Shown one piece after another: positions 37,149 to 47,377 of a stretch of DNA of 64,000 bases; position 1 is the first letter of the stretch, and every line of letters starts with the position of its first letter. The position numbers and the translations under genes are program-made. The notes below the pieces were generated by a model. The model was not told where the DNA came from and did not search any database. It worked only from the letters and a program-made list of their open reading frames with translations. This DNA comes from a bacterium (GTDB lineage: Bacteria; Fidelibacterota; Fidelibacteria; Fidelibacterales; Fidelibacteraceae), in the NCBI GenBank assembly GCA_963676395.1, contig OY781066.1:1600001-1664000 (forward strand), given 5' to 3'.

Positions 37149-37928
37149 ATTGACTTGAGATCAAAATACGGTTCATGGGCACTGGTTGCCGGAGCGTCGG
37201 AAGGATTAGGCGCCGCATATGCGGAAGCCTTGGCGCATTGCGGTTTGAATTTGATCCTGGTCGCCCGACGGGAACAAAAACTCCGGGAATTGGCGGCTTC
37301 TCTCAATAAAAAATATAAAGTAGAGGTTTTGACCCATGCGTTGGATCTGGCGGATATTGCATCTGTGACCGAAGCGCTGGAAAAGGACTCACTTGAGATC
37401 GGTGTGCTTGTTTATAATGCCGCCTATGCGCCGATTGGATCCTTTAGTCAGATTGATCCCGAAAAACTGGAGATGGTGGTCGACGTTAATGTCAAGGGAC
37501 CGTTGCTCTTGAGCAAATACATATCAGCTCAAATGATCAAACGCCAGCGAGGCGCCATCATTTTGATGTCGTCCCTTGCAAGGAACCCAGGGCAGTCCCA
37601 AATTGGCCGCCTACGCTGCCTCAAAGGCCTTTAACGCCATCCTGGCAGAAGGATTGTGGGGCGGGAATTACGATCGCAGGGCATTGATGTTCTGGCCTCT
37701 GTGGCAGGAGCCATCAGAACACCCGGATATGAAGCAGCACAAGGGAAAAGCGCACCTGGAACCTTAGATGCGGACATGGTTGTCAAAAAAACACTGAAAG
37801 CGCTGGGCAAACGGCCGGTGACGGTTCCGGGACTGACAAACAAGATCGCCCATTTTCTGATGGGGCGCTTGCTCCCCCGAAAATATGCTATCGCGATGAT
37901 GAAAAAGAATACGGAGAGTTTATCATGA
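37149..37928 (+). pseudogene. SDR oxidoreductase (17beta-HSD/ketoacyl reductase-like) broken by two frameshifts (or sequencing errors)
   Basis: YGSWALVAGASEGLG..SSLA | GTQGSPKLAAYAASKAF..GLWG | ELRSQGIDVLA; shifts near 37581 and 37660. Confidence 0.75.
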
Positions 37929-39004
37929 AAACACAGGTAATGGGATTTCTTACACCCTGGGTCATTTATATTGTGATCACTTTATTGCATCTTGTCTTAC
38001 CTGGAAAATGGGTGAATGGCTATGTGAAAGATGAAAATACAGGTGAGGTCCTGAACTATCGACTAAACGGACTTTTAGTACTGATTACAAGTATTTTGAT
38101 TTGGTTTGTACTTGGGTATCTTGGTTGGGTACCATATGACTGGTTGTACACCGTACGTTGGGCGAGTCTGACCGGTGCAATAAGCATCGGTGTGATCTTC
38201 TCTTTGATTATCGTTCTGACCCAACCCTCCACAGGCAAATCGTTATTGGCGGATCTGTTCCTCGGTCGCTTAAAAAACCCCCAGACCCCCAAGGGCCGTA
38301 TCGATGCAAAAATGTGGCTGTACCTGATCGGTGCGGTCATGCTGCAATTGAACGTCTTGAGTTTTACGGCACATCATTACCTGTCTGCCGAATCATTGAA
38401 TCCCGGTGTATTTCTTTGTGCCGGCTTATTAACCTATTTTATTTGGGATTATTTGACATTTGAGAGAGTACATCTTTACACCTATGATTTTATTGCTGAA
38501 CGGGTGGGTCTTAAGTTGGGTTTCGGCTGCCTGACCTTTTATCCCTATTTTTATTCAGTAGCGCTTTGGACTACGGTTGATCTACCGGATTCCGGATTAT
38601 CTACCTGGGTCTATGTAATTTTTGGATTTATTTTTCTCTGTGGCTGGATGCTGGCAAGAGGTGTGAATATGCAAAAATATGTTTTTAAAACACAACCCGA
38701 TAGTAAATTTCTATGGATTGAACCCGGTATTATGACAGATGGAGAAAAAACTATACTGGTGAACGGTTGGTGGGGACTGAGCCGTCATGTTAATTATTTG
38801 GGTGAAGTGCTCATGGGTGTCGGGATTGCGCTGGCCGCGGGTTATCCGGGTGTTTGGTGGGTTTGGTTATACCCGCTGTATTATATCGCGCTACTATTTC
38901 CTCGGCAGCATGCCGACGATAAGATCTGTCATGCGAAATACGGAAAACTCTGGGAAGATTATATGGAAAAAGTACCTAGGCGTATTATTCCATTTATTTA
39001 TTGA
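37925..39004 (+). CDS. ERG4/ERG24-family sterol reductase-like membrane protein
   Basis: YRLNG, LFLGR..NP, YDFIAERVG, GWWGLSRHVNYLGE, DDKICHAKYG..W..Y..KVPRRIIPFIY. Confidence 0.85.
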   Translation: MKTQVMGFLTPWVIYIVITLLHLVLPGKWVNGYVKDENTGEVLNYRLNGLLVLITSILIWFVLGYLGWVPYDWLYTVRWASLTGAISIGVIFSLIIVLTQPSTGKSLLADLFLGRLKNPQTPKGRIDAKMWLYLIGAVMLQLNVLSFTAHHYLSAESLNPGVFLCAGLLTYFIWDYLTFERVHLYTYDFIAERVGLKLGFGCLTFYPYFYSVALWTTVDLPDSGLSTWVYVIFGFIFLCGWMLARGVNMQKYVFKTQPDSKFLWIEPGIMTDGEKTILVNGWWGLSRHVNYLGEVLMGVGIALAAGYPGVWWVWLYPLYYIALLFPRQHADDKICHAKYGKLWEDYMEKVPRRIIPFIY

Positions 39005-39007
39005 TCG

Positions 39008-39412
39008 CTATTTAAAAATCAGTTTTTTTCTTGCTTCCCATGTGATCAAAGAATCATTTTCATCCAAAGCATATCCTTGCATACCAATGATCGGGGGCAA
39101 TATGGCCTTTGATCGGGTATCTTCATTGACAGAGTACCGGATACCGGGTTCACAGGTTTGGGACATATACCAATGCATAGAACCCGTACGGCCATCTCGG
39201 TAATCTATACCCCAACCGCCAACCTTACAGGTGTCTTCCGTTATATAAAAGTCAAATTCAACATGACACCCGGTCAGCGTATTATGATAAAAAGCATTTT
39301 CAATGACCAATCGTTGAATGCCGTCGGAGATGATTTCATCATTTTCTTCTGGACTGAAGCAGGATGTAAGTAGCATGACCAAAAGGATTAATAAAGTCCA
39401 TGATTTCATCAT
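39008..39412 (-). CDS. Hypothetical lipoprotein
   Basis: Lipobox LTSC; coupled to the upstream gene. Confidence 0.7.
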   Translation of the reverse strand: MMKSWTLLILLVMLLTSCFSPEENDEIISDGIQRLVIENAFYHNTLTGCHVEFDFYITEDTCKVGGWGIDYRDGRTGSMHWYMSQTCEPGIRYSVNEDTRSKAILPPIIGMQGYALDENDSLITWEARKKLIFK

Positions 39413-40311
39413 TTCACCCCTTTTTCAAAGAGATTTCCTTGTCTTAGCCAGAGCCTATAAGCGCGGGCGTCATTACCTGTATTAAAGTCGTAGAAATAGA
39501 TGTTTCTATATCCATTATTCAAGGTTTCTTTCAGCCAACGATAATCGTCTTCGAAAATTCCAAGCCCCACGCTTTCGATCTTTTCAAGCGATGGTTCAAA
39601 AGGCCATGAGATCACCGATGTAGGAGAATAAACTCTGATCGTATTGTTGCTTGGAGTAGAGATGCTATAGATCGTATCATTCTCAAAATATTGATAATGC
39701 TCGATCTTGCTTACATGATGCCTGACATAATCATAGACCTCGCTACTAACGGTAATGGTGGAATCGCAAAGATCTGATAATACAAACTGATTAGAGTAAG
39801 GCCATCTCACCATTGGATTATTTCGGACCACAGTAACATAACCGGAGTCAATATCCATATCTAGCGTGGCTCGGTAGTTCATAATAGCCTCAACGACATT
39901 TGTAAAACGCCGTTTCCAGCTACCGATCGCATGTTGCATTGCATGTCCGTTGGTTGTTACGGTTAGGGTATCGGCGTTGGATGCATAGGTGATAGAAAAA
40001 TAATAATCGTCCCAGACAGCCGTTGTATGATCGGGAGATAAACCGAGGAAATTATTTTTCATGATGGTTTGATAGATATCAAGCAGGTTTTCCTCATCGA
40101 TTTGGGTCTTATAACTGTAATGTTCATTACGGCAAATGACATCATGATTTTCAAAGATCTCAATTTTGTCACTCATACCCGCAAATCCCCCGTACTTATG
40201 ATATTTAAGGTAGAAAGGTTCGTTAACATCGGGTTGATCCCAAATACAGGATGTTAATAATAGTATCCCGATCATACCTAAAACGATAAGGAGCATTGGA
40301 GTCTTTTTCAT
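39409..40311 (-). CDS. Hypothetical lipoprotein
   Basis: Lipobox LTSC; YGGFAG motif; 300-aa ORF with SD GAGG. Confidence 0.75.
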   Translation of the reverse strand: MKKTPMLLIVLGMIGILLLTSCIWDQPDVNEPFYLKYHKYGGFAGMSDKIEIFENHDVICRNEHYSYKTQIDEENLLDIYQTIMKNNFLGLSPDHTTAVWDDYYFSITYASNADTLTVTTNGHAMQHAIGSWKRRFTNVVEAIMNYRATLDMDIDSGYVTVVRNNPMVRWPYSNQFVLSDLCDSTITVSSEVYDYVRHHVSKIEHYQYFENDTIYSISTPSNNTIRVYSPTSVISWPFEPSLEKIESVGLGIFEDDYRWLKETLNNGYRNIYFYDFNTGNDARAYRLWLRQGNLFEKGVK

Positions 40312-40328
40312 ACATACCTCATGAATTA

Positions 40329-41729
40329 TTATTTAATAAAAGTCATTTTACCTATTGAGTAGTTATGATCATACGAGACCATATAAATATATGTTCCCGA
40401 AGGAAGAATCTTGCCGTTCAGGTCGCTTGCGTTCCAGAAAACATCATATGTTCCGGGACCATTCAACATCAATGGTTGTTGATCAACCAGACGTCCTGTG
40501 ATTGAATAGATCTTCAACCAGACGTTTTGATGGATATCTTTATCGACACTTATCGAAATGGTCGTACTGGGGTTGAAAGGATTTGGATAAGCTTTCAATT
40601 GAAATGTATTTGCCATGATCGGAGGATATGATACAATTGCTGTTTTTGAGGCGCGCTTTAGTGCCGTGATCCGGTCATAGGATTCATCGATGCGCTGTTC
40701 GGTGATCATGCCGGAATCGATCGCGGTCTTCACGACTTTGCATATCTGATTGACAATGGATTTTCCGTATTTTTCATTTCCGACATACAAGAGTATATCT
40801 ACTCCTGCGTTTATGGCCGCGTATACCGATTCGGTGAAACCGTAAATATTACGAATAGCTCCCATGTTCATGTCATCGGTAATGATCACACCATTAAAGC
40901 CTAGGCTATCACGTAGTATTCCTTCGAGTGTTGGTTTTGATAATGTTGCCGGGTACATACTGTCAATATTAGCATTAAATAGGTGAGCGGTCATTATCAT
41001 TCCGCTATAAGCCCTATCAATCATGTTGGTATATGGAATAAGTTCTTGTTTGGACCATGTTTTTGTTATGTCTGTAAATCCATCGTGTGAATCCCCCACG
41101 GCAGAGCCATGACCCGGAAAATGTTTTAATGCGCATACGATTTTATCTGCCTTCATTTCATCATAAAACCAATAAATATGATCACTGACGATTTCGGGAT
41201 CTGCAGAGAAACTACGACCGTAATGTCCAATAGCCGGTGAGCTTGGGTTAACATTTACATCGGCAACCGGTGCAAGATTGGTGTTAATACCGGCATTGTA
41301 CAGCCAACCTGCCATCAGAGCTGCTTCCGCCCGGGTGGAATCTTCATTATTGATGGTTCCAAGCGTAATAGCTTTTTCTGTGCGGGCATAGCCGTTGTTT
41401 TCATCCAATCGGGCCACAATACCACCTTCTTCGTCGGTTGCAATGAAGAGGGGCGTGTTTGCTGAGTCTTGCAAAGAAGCGGTCAAGTCGGCGATCTGTG
41501 CCGGGTTGTCTAGATTATAACCCATCAGGATCACGCCGCCAAGATTACGATGCCGGATATCATAGTACAAAGTATCCTCAAACTCCGAACCCGGAATAAA
41601 GCCGGTCATCACCATTTGACCGATTTTATAGCTTAAAGAATCTATGGCAAGAAGTTTGCAGGGGGTTAGAATCAGTGTATGTAGCAGGAAAAATAAAGAT
41701 AGTATACGCTTTATATGTGTTCTTTGCAT
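40329..41729 (-). CDS. GH3 beta-N-acetylhexosaminidase (NagZ-like) with C-terminal sorting domain
   Basis: KIGQM, DEEGG, NLAPVADV, KHFPGHG..DSH, ITDDMNM; AYPNPFNP..SGTYIY. Confidence 0.9.
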   Translation of the reverse strand: MQRTHIKRILSLFFLLHTLILTPCKLLAIDSLSYKIGQMVMTGFIPGSEFEDTLYYDIRHRNLGGVILMGYNLDNPAQIADLTASLQDSANTPLFIATDEEGGIVARLDENNGYARTEKAITLGTINNEDSTRAEAALMAGWLYNAGINTNLAPVADVNVNPSSPAIGHYGRSFSADPEIVSDHIYWFYDEMKADKIVCALKHFPGHGSAVGDSHDGFTDITKTWSKQELIPYTNMIDRAYSGMIMTAHLFNANIDSMYPATLSKPTLEGILRDSLGFNGVIITDDMNMGAIRNIYGFTESVYAAINAGVDILLYVGNEKYGKSIVNQICKVVKTAIDSGMITEQRIDESYDRITALKRASKTAIVSYPPIMANTFQLKAYPNPFNPSTTISISVDKDIHQNVWLKIYSITGRLVDQQPLMLNGPGTYDVFWNASDLNGKILPSGTYIYMVSYDHNYSIGKMTFIK

Positions 41730-41893
41730 TGTCTATTTCCAATAAATTTATAAATAGCAGATGATGTAAATATGGGTAAAAGACAAAGGAATTGCAAAGT
41801 AATAATTTAAAGATTATAACTTAGGGGAATGAAAAACCGAGGATTTCTCCATTTCCTTGTTAGAATATGAAATCGTTTTTTGAGATCTGTTTA

Positions 41894-42073
41894 TTATGCT
41901 TTTTTTTGGAACACCCCGCAACTTCGGGTGCATATTCCGCAGTTGGTACACCTTGCCTGATCTATAACAGGTGCTGAAAATGGTCCATTCTGGGTAATCG
42001 CTCCCACCGGGCAGCGGCTGACGACAGGACAAACATGGTTCTTTGGGCAGTATTCTTCTCTAACTTCAATCAT
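41894..42073 (-). CDS. Small 4Fe-4S ferredoxin-like protein (59 aa), missed by the ORF track
   Basis: MIEVREEYCPKNHVCPVVSRCPVGAITQNGPFSAPVIDQARCTNCGICTRSCGVFQKKA; SD AAGGA. Confidence 0.85.
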   Translation of the reverse strand: MIEVREEYCPKNHVCPVVSRCPVGAITQNGPFSAPVIDQARCTNCGICTRSCGVFQKKA

Positions 42074-42416
42074 TTTTAAAAATCCTTATAAATTCAATTA
42101 TATCAAAAATTTAGAGCGAATTATACGATGAGAAAATGAAGGAGAAAAGAAAAAAATGTATGCTAAGTAAAATACTTTGTAAACGATTGTAAAATAATGA
42201 GATAAGAGTTTGTTTATTTACGGTTGTTTGAGCTGTTTTTGTAAGAATTACATTTTTTACGATGAATTTTGAACTACAAATGCTTGTACGAATATCTGCT
42301 GCATTGTAGCATTGTTTATCGTTTTTACCTTGAGTATAGTGATTAGTATAAACCTAATCTTAATCTCATCACTCAAATTATTTGTCACTAATCATTAAAT
42401 CATGTATATTTCCTCA

Positions 42417-42971
42417 ATGGATACCTTAAAGGAGATTAAGCTTAAAAGTAAGGCCGTCTTTGACGGCGCTCTCTTACATGTTCGAAAAGATGAGGTGCTT
42501 TTACCTGATGGCAATAGCTCAGTGCGTGAATACATTGTTCACCCAGGGGCTGTCGCATTGATAGCCTATCTTGAAAATGGTCATGTAGTGTTACTAAATC
42601 AGTTTCGTTATCCTTTGCAGAAGGTTTTTATTGAGTTACCTGCGGGGAAGATCGACCCGGGTGAAACTCCCGAGGAAACGGGAATGAGAGAACTTCAGGA
42701 AGAAACCGGATATAAAGCCGGAAGATTAAAACATTTAACAACCATCCATCCCTGTATTGGATATAGTGATGAGGTGATTTACATATATGAAGCCTTTGAC
42801 CTGGAAAAAGGCGAGCAGAATACGGATGATAATGAATTTCTGGAATGCTTCTCTCTCCCATTGGATGAGGCAATTCAAATGGTATTGAAGGGTGAAATTT
42901 CCGATGTCAAAACGATGATCGCGTTGATGAACGCAAAAATGAGAAAGGATGATCATGCCACTCAAATCTAA
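42417..42971 (+). CDS. NUDIX hydrolase (ADP-ribose pyrophosphatase-like)
   Basis: HPGAV, QFRYP, ELPAGKIDPGE..RELQEETG. Confidence 0.92.
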   Translation: MDTLKEIKLKSKAVFDGALLHVRKDEVLLPDGNSSVREYIVHPGAVALIAYLENGHVVLLNQFRYPLQKVFIELPAGKIDPGETPEETGMRELQEETGYKAGRLKHLTTIHPCIGYSDEVIYIYEAFDLEKGEQNTDDNEFLECFSLPLDEAIQMVLKGEISDVKTMIALMNAKMRKDDHATQI

Positions 42972-45132
42972 AATGAAAAATATTTTTGATGGATTATATC
43001 ACGATCCCCATGCGGTTCTTGGCATGCATGAAGACGAAAATTTAAATAAGGTCGTGCGGGTATTTCAACCTGACGCAAAAGCAGTATCTATTACTCTTTT
43101 AACCAGCAATAAGACACTGGAAATGGAACCGGGTGAATATGTAGGTTTCTGGACCGTATCTTTTAAGTCTGAATCCTTTGAGAGATATGAAGTTCATGTG
43201 CTTTATGCCGATGAGAATACATTTGATTATATACATCCTTATCAGTTTATGCCTTTGTTAACCGAAGAGGATGCTTTTCTTTTTGGTAAAGGTGATCATC
43301 ATTTTATCTATGAAAAACTTGGTGCACATGTTCGGGAAGTTGATGGGATCAAGGGTGTTTCATTTACGGTTTGGGCGCCATCAGCAAAACGTGTTTCAGT
43401 TGTGGGTGATTTTAATCTTTGGGATGGTCGTAAGCATATGATGCGTGTTTTGGGAGCTTCGGGTATTTGGGAAATATTTATTCCCGGTGTTGATGCCGGT
43501 CATAAATATAAATTTGAGATCTATACACGTGACGGTCAATTGAAACTCAAAGCCGATCCTTATGCAAACTACAGTGAAGTACGTCCCGGTAATGCCTCAA
43601 AGATCTATGACTCAAATTATAAATGGAAAGATAAAAAATATTTGAGTGCCATGCCCAAGCATATGTTGGATAAGCCCATGAGTATTTATGAAGTACACCT
43701 TGCTTCCTGGCAGAAAAAAGAAGGCTGGAAATGGTTGAATTATAAAGAAGCTGCGCCGCTTTTGGTAGATTATGTCAAGAAACATGGTTTTACTCATATT
43801 GAGTTGATGCCAATTATGGAATATCCTTTTGATGGTTCCTGGGGCTATCAGGTGACCGGTTATTATGCTCCGACCTCTCGTTTTGGGTCACCGGATGATC
43901 TGAAATATTTTGTAGACTACTGTCACAAACATGATATTGGTGTTATTCTTGACTGGGTACCTGCGCATTTTCCTAAAGATGATTTCGCTTTGGCACGTTA
44001 TGACGGCACGGCTTTATATGAACATTTTGATCCACGAAGGGGGGAGCATCCTGACTGGGGAACACTTATTTTTAACTTTGGGCGAAATGAAGTGCAGAAC
44101 TTTTTAGTATCCAATGCCCTTTACTGGCTAAAAGAATTTCATGTGGACGGATTAAGGATTGATGCGGTTTCTTCTATGTTGTACCTTGATTATAGTCGTA
44201 ATGATGGTGAATGGTTGCCCAATAAACATGGTGGGAACGAAAATCTTGAAGCCATTGAATTTATGAAAAAGCTTTCAATTATAGTGGGTCAATATTTTCC
44301 TAAGGCAATGTTGATCGCTGAAGAATCTACGGCATGGGGCGGGGTATCACATCCTGTACATTCCGGAGGACTTGGCTTTGATTTTAAGTGGAACATGGGG
44401 TGGATGAATGATTTTTTACGTTATTTGGAGAAAGATCCTATTCATAGGAAGTATCATCATTCTGACATGACCTTCTCTATGTCATATCAATATTCTGAGA
44501 ACTTTATTTTATCTTTATCTCATGATGAAGTGGTACATGGGAAAGGCTCTTTATTAAATAAAATGCCCGGTGACGATTGGCAAAAGTTTGCGAATTATAA
44601 ACTCTTGCTTTCATTTATGTATGCTCATCCCGGCAAGAAATTATTATTTATGGGATCTGAATTGGCTCCTTGGAATGAATGGAATGAAGAGCGTGGACTT
44701 GAATGGGAGCTGGAACAATATGAACCTCATAAAACAGCTTCAAAGTTCATGACAGCCCTGAACAAGATTTATTTGGCTTCACCTGCATTGTGGGAAATGG
44801 ATCAGGATCCTCATGGCTTTGAATGGATAGACGGTGGAAATATCGAACAATCTGTAGCCTCTTTTTTCAGAAGAGGTAAAAAAGCAAAGGATGATATTGT
44901 TGTAGTATGTAACTTCACTCCCGAACCACATTATGATTTCCGATTAGGTGTTCCCGAAGTCGGGGAATATGAAGAAATCTTTAATTCGGATAGTAAGCAT
45001 TACAACGGATCCGGTATCTTTAGAAACAAAAGTGTTTTAAGTGAAAAGATCGAATGGAATGGTCGAAAGCAATCGGTTGTCATTGGGCTTCCTCCGCTAT
45101 CATGCATGATGTTTAAGCGTAAAGAAAAGTAA
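42949..45132 (+). CDS. glgB: 1,4-alpha-glucan branching enzyme
   Basis: VWAPSAKRVSVVGDFN, SWGYQVTGYYAPTSRFG, DGLRIDAV, IAEES, LSHDEVVHGK. Confidence 0.97.
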   Translation: MIMPLKSKMKNIFDGLYHDPHAVLGMHEDENLNKVVRVFQPDAKAVSITLLTSNKTLEMEPGEYVGFWTVSFKSESFERYEVHVLYADENTFDYIHPYQFMPLLTEEDAFLFGKGDHHFIYEKLGAHVREVDGIKGVSFTVWAPSAKRVSVVGDFNLWDGRKHMMRVLGASGIWEIFIPGVDAGHKYKFEIYTRDGQLKLKADPYANYSEVRPGNASKIYDSNYKWKDKKYLSAMPKHMLDKPMSIYEVHLASWQKKEGWKWLNYKEAAPLLVDYVKKHGFTHIELMPIMEYPFDGSWGYQVTGYYAPTSRFGSPDDLKYFVDYCHKHDIGVILDWVPAHFPKDDFALARYDGTALYEHFDPRRGEHPDWGTLIFNFGRNEVQNFLVSNALYWLKEFHVDGLRIDAVSSMLYLDYSRNDGEWLPNKHGGNENLEAIEFMKKLSIIVGQYFPKAMLIAEESTAWGGVSHPVHSGGLGFDFKWNMGWMNDFLRYLEKDPIHRKYHHSDMTFSMSYQYSENFILSLSHDEVVHGKGSLLNKMPGDDWQKFANYKLLLSFMYAHPGKKLLFMGSELAPWNEWNEERGLEWELEQYEPHKTASKFMTALNKIYLASPALWEMDQDPHGFEWIDGGNIEQSVASFFRRGKKAKDDIVVVCNFTPEPHYDFRLGVPEVGEYEEIFNSDSKHYNGSGIFRNKSVLSEKIEWNGRKQSVVIGLPPLSCMMFKRKEK

Positions 45133-46223
45133 TGAAAAATAAAACCGTTGTTTACGCTATCATCGATTGGGGTTTGGGTCACGTGACCCGTTCTACACCT
45201 ATTATTAAACGTCTGATAAAAGATAATAATAAAGTTATTCTTGTTTCTTATGGCAAAGCGCTGTCCATGTTAAAACAAGAGTTTTCCGAATGCACCATTC
45301 TTGAAATTAAAGATACGCAGGTTCGATATCCCAAGTTTGGGTTTCTTTTTGTTTTTGCAATGATTTTTCAGGTGCCTAAAATGTTTTTTGGTTGGGCACA
45401 CGAGCGTTCGCAAATCAAGAAGATCGTAAAAGAATATGATGCCGATCTGATAATGACCGAGATGCGTTTGGGATTTTGGCATAAAAGGGTACCATCTGTA
45501 TTGATCACACATCAATTAAGATTTCATTTACCTAAAAGGCTTCGTGCTTTTATGATATTCGGTGAATGGTTCAATCGCATTGTATTTAAGCATTTTGATC
45601 GTGTATTTGTCCCCGACGCTGCCGGTAAACCAAATCTCTCCGGGATCTTGTCACACGATACCGCGATTTCGAGACATAAAAAAGTTCGCCATGTTGGCTG
45701 TCTTTCATCCGTTGTGCCACAGGCATCTATCAAGAATGAAGATATTGATTATATGATCTCTATTTCAGGACCTGAGCCTCAACGCTCTGAGTTTGAAAAG
45801 AGAGTGTGTAAGCAACTGGATCGTTTAAAGGGGAAGGTTGTTGTAACGCTTGGTCGACCGGCTGAAGAAAAAAACATATTACAACAGAGTAAAAATCTTA
45901 CCATTTATGCACATTTAAATCGTAATGAGATGAATGAAATGATGCAACGAGCTAAGCATGTAATTTGTCGATCCGGTTATTCAACCGTAATGGAATTGCT
46001 GGCGCTGGGAAAATCTGCGATGTTTGTGCCGACTCCCGGCCAAACAGAACAGGAGTATCTTGGAAAACTTTATGAAGAGCAGGGATTGTTTACCTGTTGT
46101 TCACAAGAAAAATTAGATCTTGGAAAGCTTAATTTTTATTCTGCAGAAAAATTGAAATCACAAAATATACCGGTTAATCAGCTTGACCGGATCATGGAAG
46201 AATTAGATACATTATGCCCTTAA
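45132..46223 (+). CDS. GT-B glycosyltransferase (GT28 C-terminal-like)
   Basis: WGLGHVTR, ISGPEPQR, CRSGYSTVME, VPTPGQTEQEYL. Confidence 0.85.
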   Translation: MKNKTVVYAIIDWGLGHVTRSTPIIKRLIKDNNKVILVSYGKALSMLKQEFSECTILEIKDTQVRYPKFGFLFVFAMIFQVPKMFFGWAHERSQIKKIVKEYDADLIMTEMRLGFWHKRVPSVLITHQLRFHLPKRLRAFMIFGEWFNRIVFKHFDRVFVPDAAGKPNLSGILSHDTAISRHKKVRHVGCLSSVVPQASIKNEDIDYMISISGPEPQRSEFEKRVCKQLDRLKGKVVVTLGRPAEEKNILQQSKNLTIYAHLNRNEMNEMMQRAKHVICRSGYSTVMELLALGKSAMFVPTPGQTEQEYLGKLYEEQGLFTCCSQEKLDLGKLNFYSAEKLKSQNIPVNQLDRIMEELDTLCP

Positions 46224-47371
46224 TTTTAAAAGTACTAAGTATTGTCGCCTTTTCATTTTCAGGGATCTATGTAATCCTTATCATATTTTTTTATTCGGGT
46301 TTCCGAAAGCTAAAAGCTCATGAATTAAAAGCTGATGAGGATCTACCGGACTTAACGGTGATTGTTTGTGCCAAGGATGAAGAAGTACATATTGAAACTA
46401 CGATCAATTCGATCTTAGCTCAAGATTATCCAAAAGAAAAATATACTATCATTGCGGTTAATGATCGATCAAGTGATAGGACAGCCGAAATATTAGATTT
46501 ACTTAAGAGCAAAAACGATAATATGAAAGTGATACACTTGAGTGAATGTCCTCATGGAGTGTCACCCAAAAAGAATGCGATTTCAAGAGCAATAGAATAT
46601 TGTGATAGTGAATTTATAGTGGCGGCAGATGCCGATGTAACACTTAAAAAACAATGGCTTAGATCTTATGGCTCTATGTGCACAAAATCTTTGGGTTGTA
46701 CAACTGCATTATGTGTCTTAAATAAAAAAGTTTATACATCGAAATGGGAAGAAACCTGGCAAAACATGCAAAAGCTGGAAAACCTTTCTTACGGAGTTGT
46801 TAATGCCGGAGCTATGGCTAACGGATTTCCCATTACTGCTTATGGTGGTAATATGATGTACCGTAAAGAGCTTTTTAACGCTGATGATACCTTGAGGGAT
46901 AAGGTTGTAACAGGTGATGATACAATGATCGTTTATGAAGCCCAGAGACAAGGCTACGATATAAAATTTAATATGCATCCACAGGCTGTTGCAGATATGG
47001 TTCCGGAAGATACAATTGCCGATATGATAAACCAACGTATTCGTTGGGCTTCGCATACAATGAAAATGACTTTCCCCGTTGTACTGATGATGTTAGCGAT
47101 CTTTTTCTTTTATCTTTCTACCTTTGTTTTTCCATTTTTAGGCTTTATACACATCAATATGCTGTATTATGGGTTGGGATTATTTGCAATAAAAGCTTGT
47201 TGCGATATGTTTTATATGGCTGTAACTTTAAAGCAATTTGAAATACCGTTCAAGTTTAAACATTTGTTGCTAATGGAAGTGGTTCACGCCCCCTTTATTA
47301 TTTGGGTGGGTCTGCGTGGTACGTTTGGCAAATTTACCTGGAAAGGGTCTACTTACAAAAAAACGCTATAG
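46214..47371 (+). CDS. Membrane glycosyltransferase family 2
   Basis: VIVCAKDEE, VNDRSSD, DAD, GDD, QRIRW. Confidence 0.88.
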   Translation: MPLILKVLSIVAFSFSGIYVILIIFFYSGFRKLKAHELKADEDLPDLTVIVCAKDEEVHIETTINSILAQDYPKEKYTIIAVNDRSSDRTAEILDLLKSKNDNMKVIHLSECPHGVSPKKNAISRAIEYCDSEFIVAADADVTLKKQWLRSYGSMCTKSLGCTTALCVLNKKVYTSKWEETWQNMQKLENLSYGVVNAGAMANGFPITAYGGNMMYRKELFNADDTLRDKVVTGDDTMIVYEAQRQGYDIKFNMHPQAVADMVPEDTIADMINQRIRWASHTMKMTFPVVLMMLAIFFFYLSTFVFPFLGFIHINMLYYGLGLFAIKACCDMFYMAVTLKQFEIPFKFKHLLLMEVVHAPFIIWVGLRGTFGKFTWKGSTYKKTL

Positions 47372-47377
47372 GATATT

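Noticed and set aside
41894..42073. hgcB mercury-methylation ferredoxin
   Set aside because: It lacks two canonical CxxCxxCxxxC motifs and the terminal Cys pair, and there is no adjacent hgcA.
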